This document shows positions 13,713 to 25,184 of a stretch of 64,000 nt of DNA, piece after piece. Numbering within the stretch: position 1 is the stretch's first letter; the number at the start of each line of letters is the position of its first letter. Source of the DNA: Malacoraja senta (taxonomy: Eukaryota); the NCBI GenBank assembly GCA_038087875.1, contig CM075988.1:6946001-7010000 (forward strand), read 5' to 3'. Below the pieces are notes generated by a model. That model had not been told where the DNA came from. It saw only the letters and a program-made list of their open reading frames with translations, and searched no databases. The translations under genes and the position numbers were made by a program.

Positions 13713-14412
13713 GAACAAAGGGACCTTGGAGTCCATAGAGGCTTAAAGGCAGCAAGTCTAGACAATAAGATGATTACAAAGAATAATGGGATGTATTTAT
13801 TAGCAAAGGCTTAGAATAAGTGAGAAAACAGATGATAGTAACATTGTATACAATATTAGTTAGATCATGGTTGGGTGTTGAGTTCTGGTCATCACATTGC
13901 AGGAAAGAGGTGATTGCACTGGAGAAGATGCAGAGAAGATTAAAAAGAAACATAGTTAGCCGAGAGGAGACAAAGGGGAAAGTTAATGTAGGTGGATATG
14001 ATTATGAAGTGCTAAGACAGAGAAAACAGGAAGGACCTATGGACCACAACCTAGAGGGTTCAAAGTATTGGAGGGAAGATGAGCAAAATATAAAGGTAGA
14101 TAAGGCAGAAAACTTTTCTCATCTTTAACCATGGACATGGATGTGTATATTATGAGCTGTGACCTTCAGCGTTATGAACCTGGTGTGAAAGATGGAATAA
14201 TGCTGGTGGCTCTTTTATTTTAAACTAGCTGTGTATAAGTTTTCGATAATTCAATGAAACCATCAATTATATTTTTAATGCATCTTCTTTTTTTCTAAAG
14301 CTGTGTTATATGCAGGTGTTTCTAAATACAGCAAGTTTATTACAGTTCTGCAGTCCCTGGTGTTGCAGTTGAAATACTTGTAGCGCTAGAGGCAAGGTAC
14401 TGCCTCTCTTAC

Positions 14413-14489
14413 CTTTTCTTTGATGACATATAATCCCTTGGGGTTCCTTCGCTCACGTTTGTGTTCTGCTCCTTTTGGTAGCAGCGCTA
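14413..14489 (-). CDS. HEPACAM: HEPACAM exon 6
   Basis: Acceptor tcttctctcag|TA, donor AAG|GTAAGA, 77 nt; VALLPKGAEHKRERRNPKGLYVIKEK (compare recalled human ERKNPMALYILKDK). Confidence 0.93.
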
Positions 14490-15521
14490 CTGAGAGAAGA
14501 ATAGGATAAAATCATTAACCAGGTGCTGCTAACTAACAATCATTAGCAAGGTGCTGCTATCAAGTTCGAGATCCAACATTCGCTCTCTATGAATTCCATA
14601 ACTCTTGGCATCCCCTGAAAGAAGTCTCATTTGTTTTCTTAAGGTTCATGTGGACCTCATTCATGCAGTTGCCCAGCCACCATACTGTGATCAAACACGT
14701 TCCTCATTTTTGCAGTCAACATTTCTGTTTCCAGTAATTTTCTCTTCATTTACGTTTTTGGTATTTCCATCACTAATCACATTTTTTTTTAAATGTTCAG
14801 ACAATAAAGATTAAACTAATTTGCCCACGGTTACTCAGGTGAGCCCTTTAGGAAGTTACCATCATACTGGCCATTATCTTTCTCAACAGTCCCGAAAGTA
14901 TATAATGTTATGTACCAGAAAAATCCACTAATGGATCACTATCTGTTAAAGATCTCCTTTATTTCCCTTTCAATTCATATACTTTCACAGAAGAACTAAG
15001 TTGTTTTCAATGTTCTAACTTTACTTTGTTTTGTAATACTCTATTCCTAACACTAGATGACAGCTGTGCCTTTTTAAACTGGAATCAAGCACATCAAGAT
15101 GAGAGGGAATTTGGAAAGAAATTGAAGACTAAATTCGATAGGCCTCAAAATTGCACATTAGGTAAAAGGTAAGAGTGGATAGGCCACATAAATACTTGCT
15201 GATATGCACACCAATATAATGTGGTGTTTACTGGCTACAGGTCTCCCGATATGTGAGTGACCAGCCTCAAACCTGGCCTGCAATTTACAATGGGCAGATA
15301 CTCTACTGCTGTAGTAGATGTAGGCAAAAGTTCATCGGAAACACCCCCTCAGTTTTCAGGAAGCATAGCTTTGGGGATGACACAGTGACCCAGCTGGTAG
15401 AGTTGCTGCCTCACAGCACCAGAGACCCGGGTTCGATCCAGACCTCGGGTGCTGTCTAGGCAGAGTTTGTGCATTCTCCCTGTTACCGGATGGGTTTTCA
15501 CCAGGTATAACAGTTCTTGGG

Positions 15522-15792
15522 TAGGAAAGAACTGCAGATGCTGGTTTACACCAAAGACTGACACAAAATGCTAGAGTAACTCAGCGGGAAAGGCAGCATC
15601 TCTGGATAGAAGGAATGGGTGACCTTTCAGGTCGAGACCCTTCTTCAGACTGAGAGTCAGGGAAGAGGGAGACACAGAGATAAGGAAGGGTAAGGTGCGA
15701 AAATGATACATCACTTAAGGTGTTTCACACCTTACCCTTCCTTATCTCTGTGTCTCTCTCTCCCCTGACTCAGTCTGAAGAAGGGCCTCGAC
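15522..15792. repeat. Inverted pair of Penelope terminal repeats
   Basis: CTTCTTCAGACTGAG...AGATAAGGAAGGGTAAGGTG mirrored by CACCTTACCCTTCCTTATCT...CAGTCTGAAGAAG. Confidence 0.8.
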
Positions 15793-16724
15793 TGGTAATG
15801 TATTTGGATGAGTTTGTCACTGGCAGTCTGGACTGAAGGGAGATCTCTACGTTGCCTACTCCTCCCCCTCCTACTCTGCATCTGCTTGTCAAACAGCTTG
15901 GGCCTCTGATAACACGGGTTACATGGGGATCATGACACCTGTTCTGCTTGTTATTACACACTCCTCCAAAGGAGTCTTGGCAGTCATATACAGTCAGACA
16001 GCACGGAATCAGTCCCTTAGGCCCAACCTGTCCATGCCGAACAAGATGCCCCATCTACACTAGTCCCACCTGCCCGCATTTGGCCCATATCCCTCTACAC
16101 CTTTCATGTACACTTACCTGGCCAAATGTCTTTTAAATGTTGTTATCGTGAAATGATTGTAAAAATAAAAGAGATAATACTGGGGTTAATCAGCAGGTCA
16201 ACCAGCCTCAGTTTGACATTTGACATTTCAGGTTGATTCAGGTTCAGCAGAACAGCAGCAGAATTGTTATAATAAGGAATGATCTGATCTTTCACAATTC
16301 ATGTTACCGTATGGCTTTCACCACATGCATGCTTTCCACATGTGTGAGTTGTGTACCAGATCAAGAGTCATCATCAGGTGGCCATTATCACCCAATAGAC
16401 AACCTTTGGTTGGGTCATAGATACAAAGTGCTGGAGTAACTCTGTGGGTCAGGTAGCATCTCTGGTGAAGAAGGATGGGTGATGTTTCTGGTAGGAACCC
16501 TTCTTCAGACTCTTCTTTGGTTGGTCATGATAGTTTGAAAGCAGGTGGCACAGCGGACTAACAGACACTGTTCAGCGTGATAGACTGTGCATTGTCACAA
16601 ACCAGTTGGGCATTACGAGTGAAATCCTTCTCTGTTGTAGTGTATCTCAGAGGCAAGTATAACGTGTGCATATAAAGGTACCCTGTTAAGTGGAGAAGCC
16701 TGCAATCCTTCTGAAGTCTTACAA

Positions 16725-17178
16725 TCATAGAATAATAGTGTGGAAACAGGCCCTTCAAACCAACTCGCCCACACCAGCCAACAATGTCCCAGCTACCTTA
16801 GACCCACTTGCCTGCGCTTGGTCCATAACCCTCCAAACCTGTCCTATCCATGTATCTGTCCAACTGTTTCTTAAACGGTGGGATAGTCCCAGCCTCATCT
16901 ACCTCCTCTGGCAGCTTGTTCCATACACCCACACCCTCTGTGTGGAAAAAGTTACCCCTCAAATTCCTATTAAATCTTTTCCCCTTCACCTTGAACCTGG
17001 TCCTCGATTCCCCTACTTTGGGTAAAAGACTCTGCATCTAAGCGATCTATTCCTCTCATGATTTTGTGTATAAGATCTCCCCTCATCCTCCTACACTCCA
17101 TGGAATAGAGACCCAGCCTACTCAACCTCTCCCTATAGCTCACACCCTCTAACATCGGCATTGGCAACATCCTCGTAA
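16725..17178 (-). mobile_element. CR1-clade LINE 3' fragment (same subfamily as 1465-1945)
   Basis: SYRERLSRLGLYSMECRRMRGDL; VWNKLPEEVDEAG. Confidence 0.88.
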
Positions 17179-17377
17179 AACTATCTTGTGCCTACTCTGC
17201 TTGTTGCTCCCTGACAAGAGTGGATGAAGTGTATTAGGTCTCTTTAAAAGGGCAGCTTCAGTGCTCTCCCTCACACAAATGTAGATGGAAAGCCATGAGG
17301 TGTTGCCAATATTTCTCACTCCATCAGGCAACTAGAGAACGATCCTGAGATACCATCTACTTCACTGGAGATCCTCA

Positions 17378-17685
17378 GGGCAGCATGGTGGCACAGCGGT
17401 AGAGTTGCTGCCTTACAGCACCAGTAGACCCGGGTTCAATCCCTACAACGGATGCTGTCTGAACAGAGTTTGTACGTTCTCCCCGTGACCGCATGGGTTT
17501 TCTCCGAGATCTTCAGTTTCCTCCCACATTCCAAAGATGTACAGGTTTGTAGGTTAATTGGCTTGGTATAAGTGCCAATTGTCCCAAGTGTGTGTAAGAT
17601 AATATTGATATGCGGGGATCGCTGGTCGACGCGGACTCGGTAGGCCGAAGGGCCTGTTTTCGTGCTGTATCTCTAAACTAAAAAA
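17378..17685 (+). mobile_element. V-SINE copy
   Basis: Same head, body and tail. Further copies or fragments at 15375-15510, 17975-18285, 22232-22520, 27370-27722, 30360-30570, 45385-46087 and 51018-51190. Confidence 0.88.
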
Positions 17686-18595
17686 CAAACTATCTTTAAT
17701 CGGACTTTACTGGACTTTACCTTGCACTAAAAGTTATTCCCTTTATCCTGCATCTGTACTCTGAGGACAGCTTGATTGTAATCAATTGTATAGTCTTTCC
17801 GTTGACTGGATAGCGTGCAACAAAATAGCTTTTTATTATACTTCGGTAGACGTGACAATAAACTAAACTGAACTAAACTAAATTAAAATAAACTAAACTA
17901 CACTGAATGAACTCCAACTGAATAGTAATGGTTAAGACATACTTCAGTATGCAAGGATATAGTTAGCACGAAGGCACAACTAGTAGAACTGCTGCCTCAC
18001 AGCTCACAGCTCTCAGCTCCAGCGACATGGGTTCAATACTGACCTTTGCTACTGTCTATGTGGAGTTTGCACGTTCTCTCTGCGACTGCATGGATTTCCT
18101 CTGAATGTTCCAGTTTCCATGGGCTGTAAATTGTCCCTGGTGTGTTGATGAGTGGCAGAATCCGAGGGGAATTCATGGGAATGTGGGAAGAGTAAAATGG
18201 ACTAGGACAGCATTAATGTACGAATGAGTATTTTATGGTGGGTTGGTGGGTCTAAGGGCCTGTTTCCATGCTGTATCACACTATGACGTTATGAAGTTTC
18301 CATTCTGTATCACACTACCTCTCATGGGCCATAATTTGCATGTGCCTTTGCTCCGACACCCTTTGTCATGCGATCCTCCGAGGGGGCTGGACCAGATGGC
18401 AGATTTTACAGAAGTACAGACAACTCACACAGCCTTTACCTAAGTGCAGACAAGTCACACATTGGTTCTTACAGAGCTTCAGGTGCTATTGCTTCTTAAA
18501 GCAGACATAATCCAAGATTCAGGGCGATACAGTGGTCCAGCGGTAGAGTTGCTGCCTTACAATGCCAGAGATCCTGATTCGATCCTGACTGGAGG

Positions 18596-18830
18596 TTCAA
18601 GACCAGAACTGGAATGGGAATAGGAATTCAGTATGGAAATGGATGGCAAGTTAAAATGGTTAGCAATTGGGAAATCCAGCAGGCCCCGGTGGACTCAGTG
18701 CAAGTTGTTCGATGAAACAGTCACCTGGTTTAGGCTTGGTCTCACTGATATTTGGAGCACCAAACATAGTAGATGAATTAGCAACCAAAAGATCCAGCAG
18801 GGCTTGGCGGACTGAGTGCAAGTGCTTAAG
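18596..18830 (-). mobile_element. Old Penelope GIY-YIG remnant
   Basis: Minus strand reads ATATCAGTGAGACCAAGCCTAAACCAGGTGACTGTTTC, similar to ACATCGGTGAGACCAAGCGGAGGCTTGGCGATCGTTTC near 40735. Confidence 0.6.
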
Positions 18831-19047
18831 ATGTACATATTATACCGACAAAGAATGTTCATGTCCATCTAATCTCCCGTCCACCATGCTTTACCTTTTA
18901 ATCTTCCTATTTTCCTACATATACACCCGTTGCAAGTGGGAAGAAAAAATAATCTGCTCAGTAGGAGACTGCATCAATGTTTCTCATCCATCCCACCACC
19001 CTTGCCATGTCAAAAAACAGAGGCATACGTTGCATGAGACACTGTAC

Positions 19048-19121
19048 CTTCACGTTTGGCTTGATCTTCAGTCTGCTCTGCAAGACTTTGTGATCCCTCC
19101 TTTCCTCCTTTTCCTTTATTT
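19048..19121 (-). CDS. HEPACAM: HEPACAM exon 5 (juxtamembrane cytoplasmic)
   Basis: Pyrimidine tract tttttcttgttttttaag|A, donor G|GTACAG, 74 nt, phases 2/1 fit both neighbours; KNKGKGGKEGSQSLAEQTEDQAKRE. Confidence 0.85.
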
Positions 19122-19789
19122 CTTAAAAAACAAGAAAAATAGTGAGGCTTGAACTAGACAGTCTTTCATGTTGATTTTATGGACTTTTTGGTGAGTAGCT
19201 TGTGTGGTTTTCACAATCTTAATAAACAGCAAACCGTTGGAGGAATTAAACGGGCTTGGCAGCATCCGTGGAAGGAAATGGATGGATGACATTTTGACCC
19301 AGGACCCTTCTGCAGACCCGACCTGAAATGTCATCTGTCTATTTCCTTCCACATATGATCCGCTGAATTTCTCCAGCATGTTGTTATCTTGAGTAAAAAC
19401 CAAATTGTTGGAGAAATGCCTCTCATATTTCCATTTCACAATTTCAGGTTGTCCCATAAAATATTTCATAACTAATGAGGTGGTTTAAGAATAGACATCG
19501 TTGTGATGTTGGAAGTATCAGCCAATATGCCTTAAACAAACCTCTTCAAACAGTGAAGATTAATAAACAGATTATCTAGTTATTATATCAATACTGTTTG
19601 AGGTGAGAAGCACACACTGTAATCTGGGACTGGCTCCATACAACAGGTGAGAAAAGGAATTTGGATATGAAAGGCTTTGAGGATTACAAGCTAATGCGGG
19701 CAAATGAGATTTGCATAGGCAAGCATTGTGGTTGGCATGGATGAGGTAGTTGAAGAGCCCATTTCTGTGTTGTATGTTTCCTTGATTCT

Positions 19790-20330
19790 TGCAAGTGTGA
19801 GGTGTTTAATTTTGGATGGTCAAATGTAAGGGGAAAGTATACAGTTAATGGCAAGACCCTTAATAGCATTGATATTCAGAGGGAATTTGGGGTCCAAGTC
19901 CACAGATTCCTGAAAGTAGCAACAGACGTAATGTTGATGGAGTGGTGAAGAAGGCGTATGGTATGCTTGCCTTCATTGTTCAGGGCATTGAATATACGAG
20001 TCAGGAAGTCGTGTTGCAGATTTATGAAGCTTCAGTTTGGCTGCATTTGGAGGATTGTGCGTGGTTCTGGTCGACCCATTACGGGAAGGATGTGGAGGCT
20101 TTGGAGATGCTGCAGAAGAGGTTTACCAGAATGCTGGCTGGATTAGAAAGTTTTAGATATAAACAAAGTGCCAGACAAACTTGGATTGTTTTCCCTGAAG
20201 GGTTGGAGGTTGAATGGAGACCTGATAGAAGTATAAAATTAAGAAAGGCATAATAAAGTCAGAGGGAGAAAGTTGAAAGGAAATGGGTGGAGCAAGTTTT
20301 TTTCACACAGAGAGTGGTGGGTGTCAGTGA
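19790..20330 (+). mobile_element. Older CR1 ORF2 fragment
   Basis: VKKAYGMLAFI...HLEDCAWFWS...LEMLQKRFTRML. Confidence 0.85.
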
Positions 20331-20538
20331 ACAAGTTGAAGTAATGCAATAAATATGGCTTTTTGTTTCAAGATTCTGAAATGAATTAAAATTCCTCTTC
20401 CATCAGTGTAAAATTTGAATTCAAGCTACCAATTCAGTAACTTAATCAGTACCCAGTTGCACTTCCAGTAATGAATCATTCTGTAAACATAGAAGCAGGC
20501 ATAGAAAACATAGAAGTATGAATCACAAATAGATCTTA

Positions 20539-20667
<129 letters not shown>

Positions 20668-21173
20668 TCACGCTTCTGAATTATAATTGAAACCATTTTA
20701 ACCACTAATAGAAAAACATTTACTCACAGAAGAGAACATTTCGCCCATTCTGCCTGATCTGTTTTGCGAAAATACTATTTATTTTGTATCACTTATTTTG
20801 TATCACGGGGACATGGATAGGAAAGGTTTAGAAGGATTTGGGCCAAATGTGGGCAGGTGGGACTAGTGTAGATAGAGCAAATTAGTCCTGTTTTCGCGCT
20901 GTATGACTATGACTATTTAAAATTTTCAGATTTATATCTATTTCCCTTTGAAATGCTTTTAAGTTTCAGAATATGGCACTATTACTTGCTGCCACTCCAA
21001 GTTCTAACAATTCATTGCGTTACAATAACATTCTTCCCTTTGTCATGCTAATAACCTAGATTTCCAAGGAGTGTGGGTTTGATCTGAAGAGGGTCTTTCT
21101 AATTACTCCTAAGCATAATTCAGCACGTGGTCTCAACTTGTGAAGTAGGGCACATCCAGCAGGGGAAATGTAA

Positions 21174-21395
21174 AGGGCCTGTCCCACTTGGGCGTCATTT
21201 GCGCGTCATTTACGCGACATAATTTACGTGTCACGACGCACGATGCGCGCGTCATGACACGCACGTGATGCACGCATGGCGTGTGGTGAGGCGTGGTGGC
21301 GTAGGCAGTGACCCGTGGTCGCGAGCGGCGCCCCAGGATTTTGGGATTCACAAAATCTTTGCGCGCCACCTGTGTGCCCAAGTAGGACAGGCCCT
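21174..21395. mobile_element. MITE, same TIR family, different interior
   Basis: AGGGCCTGTCCCACTTGGGC...GCCCAAGTAGGACAGGCCCT, TAA/TAA flanks, GCGCGTCA-type internal motifs. Confidence 0.85.
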
Positions 21396-21714
21396 TAAGA
21401 TGCCAAAGAACAATAGTCAAAAATAAATCTTTGGAAGGGAATTGAATTATCTTCTTTTGTAATTTAGACCCTTTATTATTTATGGGTGCAGCTAAGAGAA
21501 TTTGGGACCCTTGCTCCAATCAACCATTCAGCGCCTGTCTTCTGGATCTTCTGTGCGGCTATAATGCGAGCACAGCTCGAAGCTTCCAAAGACCTATCTG
21601 GGGAGGCCCATGTCACCTTTTCCACAAATTGGCAATGCTAAATGCTGCATGCTCCGTTTTAAGATAGGATCTTGAGGAATAGTCTTACAAAGTGTCCCTG
21701 TGCCCCATGGATAA

Positions 21715-21809
21715 ATCAATCATGACTTACAACTACCTGTGGTAGCTTACTGTCAGATTAAGAGGATCAGAAAGTAAGCTACCACAGGTAGTTGTAAGCC
21801 ATGATTGAT
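21715..21809. repeat. Isolated inverted repeat, 44-bp arms, 7-nt loop
   Basis: 21715-21758 versus 21766-21809, 41/44 complementary. Confidence 0.92.
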
Positions 21810-22825
21810 GGCTTGAATGTTAGAATCACACTGAGTAGTTCAGTAACCTTATGGTGACAGCATTTAAGAAGACTCTAGACAAACACTTGAATTGCCTAGG
21901 CAGAGGAGGATATGGCCAAATGCTGGAAGAAAGGATTAATACAGATGTGTGCCCAGAAGCTACAAAAGCTTGAAAGCACATACGGCCTTCCCCTCCATTG
22001 TCAAACCAATAAATGGCCCTCCCATAAGTTCAGGGGTAGTCCCGATCTTCCAACCTACTTTTATTACAGACACTGATCTTTCTCTCTATAACTGTAACGC
22101 TACAATGCTATAAAACTATATTCTGCACTCTGGTATTTTTCTCTTATTGTACCCGTTGTACTTGTGTATATTTGATTGTCCTCATGTATAGTATGATCTG
22201 ATTTAATTGGATAACAACACACAGCAAAAGGGTGTCACAGTGGCACAGTGGTAGAGTTGTTGCCTTACAGCACCAGAGCTGGGTTTGATCCTGACTACGA
22301 GTGCTGTCTGTATGGACTTTGTATGTTCTCCCTGTGACCGCCTGGGTTTTCTCCTGGAGCTCCAGTTTCTTCACCCATTCCAAAGATGTGCAGGTTTGTA
22401 GGTTAATTGGCTTCTCTAAATTGTCCCTTGTGTGTAGGATAGAACTAGTGTATGGGTGATTGCTGGTCGGCGCAGACTCGGTGGGCCAAAGGGCACGTTT
22501 ACACGCTGTATCTCTAAACCAAACAAAACGAAACAAAAGTTTTTCACTGCGCCTTTGTACACCAAACCAAACCACTGGTGGGCATGATAATTGTGGGCTG
22601 AACGACCTGATTCCATGCGGTACGATTCTATGACTCTTATCTACAATCAAATGCATTTGATATATTTTTGCAATGGCGACAAGCTGTGATATTTGACATG
22701 CTGTTATAAAACGTTACCATGTTTTCATATTGTTATCCGCAAAATCTTTTCTATGATTCTTCCCACTTTCCACATTATTCACCATCGATCCTCAGTGTCC
22801 CTCTAAATACTGCTTTTGTACTTAC

Positions 22826-23107
22826 TGTACACGGTCAGTTTGACCGGCGTGCTTCGAGAGTTGCTGATGGGGTTCTCCACTGTACAGCTGTAAATGTCAT
22901 CATCAGTTACGCGGACCTGTGAGATGGTCAGTGTTTTCTGATCACTGGACAAAGAGAACCTCTCGTCGCTTTCTAGGGGGTTCCCTCCTTTCAGCCATGT
23001 ATATATTGGTTTTGTTCCATTTTCATGCGAACAGTTTAATGTTACGTATTCACTCAGTTCCAATACTGTGGAGGATGATAAGACCACCACGGGCTTCGAC
23101 ACAGGGA
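22826..23107 (-). CDS. HEPACAM: HEPACAM exon 3 (IgC2 domain)
   Basis: Acceptor ttatccag|TC, donor TACA|GTAAGT, 282 nt; PVSKPVV...[17 protein letters not shown]...[10 protein letters not shown]...VKLTVY. Confidence 0.97.
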
Positions 23108-24842
23108 CTGGATAATCCAAGGCAGAAAACAGACAATGGGCACAAGGCTGTAAAACATAGAGTGTCCCATACAACAATAACAACTTGCAATTATATAACT
23201 TGTATGGAGTCAAATATCGACTCAGAGCCAGAAATTGAGACAAATTGGTACTTGGGGGTGTGGGGGAATGACGGGTGGTGTCAATGAAAGGCCACTTGCA
23301 CAAGAGTGATGGGTGAATGGGACTTAGTGGATACTGGCAGCAGAATTTTGGACAGCTCAGAGGGTGGAAGCAGAGATGCTTGCCAAGTAAATAGTCTGCA
23401 CCATTCAAATAGGTTATGCTCTGTCAATAGAGTGAATGCCATTCAAACAAAAGGTTTAGCTTTTATCCAAACTAATCTGGAGTCGGACATGAATTTGATT
23501 ATATTTAACTAGACATCTTTTACTTCGCTTCACCAATTCATTTCAGGGAGTTAAAAAGAGGAGAGAGTAAGAGGTGGGTCCAGTTGGCAAACTTAATAAT
23601 TCAGGTCCCAGTGTCCCTCGGCTCCCAGCATCGACCTCTTATCCCATCTCCAACATTCCCCCTCCTCTTGGACTCCTCCTGCCGGCCTTCTACCCTCTCT
23701 GGACCTTTTTATTTCCAACTGCCGGCATAACATCAACTGTCTTGACTTCTCCACACCCCTCACCTACCGACTCTGAAAAAAGTTCCCGACCCAAATCATT
23801 ACTTATCCATGTTCTCCAGAGATGCTGCCTGACCCGCTGAGTTACTCCAGCACTTTGTGTCCTTCTAATATTTCAGGAGCACAATTGGTTTCTTTGTTGA
23901 GGTACTACTGCTGGTAAATATGAAGTATGGACACAATTTGGTCTTTTTGCTGTCACATTATATGAAAATCTTTCTAGCATATTTGGACTCCAATTCTCTC
24001 AGAAACCATTCCATTCTTACCCGGTCGATGTCTGTATATCAACATTTTATAGCAGAGAGAAGGGCGATAACATCAGGAGCAAGAACCAGAATTGATTCTT
24101 CTTCCCTTCAGGATAGAGTATAACTGGAGCACCCGGTTCATTGTGACTAGGTGACACTGCACTGTCTGGTGCTGGACTGGGTCAGTCTGACCAGGACCAT
24201 ATGAAGTCTTGCTCTGGTCTTGTAGACTTCAATCAAAGAAATGCTAGGATGCATTACAATTAGCTAGAGTGTTGCTGGATTTAAACTGGGCCACATCAGA
24301 CCCAATCTTCATCTACGTGTAAATGAAAATTGTTCTACCTTCCTATCTCATGTGATCAATCCTGCCAAATCTGGAACAGGACAGAATTGGCAGTAATTCT
24401 CCTCTGAAGCTTTACATTTGTTGAAGCTCAGGAATCTGGGGTATAGAGTCTGAAGGAGGGTCCTGACCCGAAACATCACTCATCATCTTCCTCCAGAGAT
24501 GCTGCCTGACCCGCTGAGTTACTCCAGCACATTTGTGTCTACATTTGTGGAAGCTCATTGCCCTCTAAGCTCATACATTAAGAATGGGTATTGGGTCGTG
24601 GTGACTGGTGCCCGTAAAACTGTAATCAGTACAAAGTCAGTGCCTTTGTGAGAACAGAGGGATAATACTGGAGGGGAAATGCAAAACAATGTTCTAAGGT
24701 GGGAGGCAAAGAATAAAACTTTTGATATAATTGTTTGGTCATTTAGAGGCAAAGAATAATACTTTGTACTATTGTTCGGGTAGTTGGAGGCAAAGAATAA
24801 TACTAGTATTAGAACTGTTCAGGTAGTCTGCCATCAACTTAC

Positions 24843-25184
24843 TATCAACAGTTAAATTGAGTGTTTGTGCTGCAGTGGAGGCATCGTCCGTGATTGCAAT
24901 CTCAACTTCATACATTCCCTCGTCGGTTAGCTGCAGGTTGTGGATCAGCAGAGACCCATTGCGGAAGATGATAATACGATCCTTGTACTCAGGTCGCAGC
25001 TTGCCCAGGATGCGAGTACCATAGGACTGGACCAAAGGGATGGGCTTGTCCCTCTTCAGCTGCCACTGGATGACGGGAATCTCCGAGCTGCTGGTTGTGT
25101 ACTGTATAGAAAGCAAGACCGAACTTCCCACCACACCATGGGTAATGTAAGCTTGCGTCGTTATGTTCACTCCCTCTGCTGCTG
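24843..25184 (-). CDS. HEPACAM: HEPACAM exon 2 (IgV domain)
   Basis: Acceptor ttttcag|CA, donor GATA|GTAAGT, 342 nt; EGVNITTQAYITHGVVGSSVLLSIQY...DEGMYEVEIAITDD...LNLTVD. Confidence 0.97.

Noticed and set aside
21785..21800. AGGTAGTTGTA resemblance to let-7 in the hairpin arm
   Set aside because: The seed GAGGTAG and the rest of the mature sequence do not match.
24130..24290. Possible very old RTE remnant on the minus strand
   Set aside because: Similarity too weak to support by eye.
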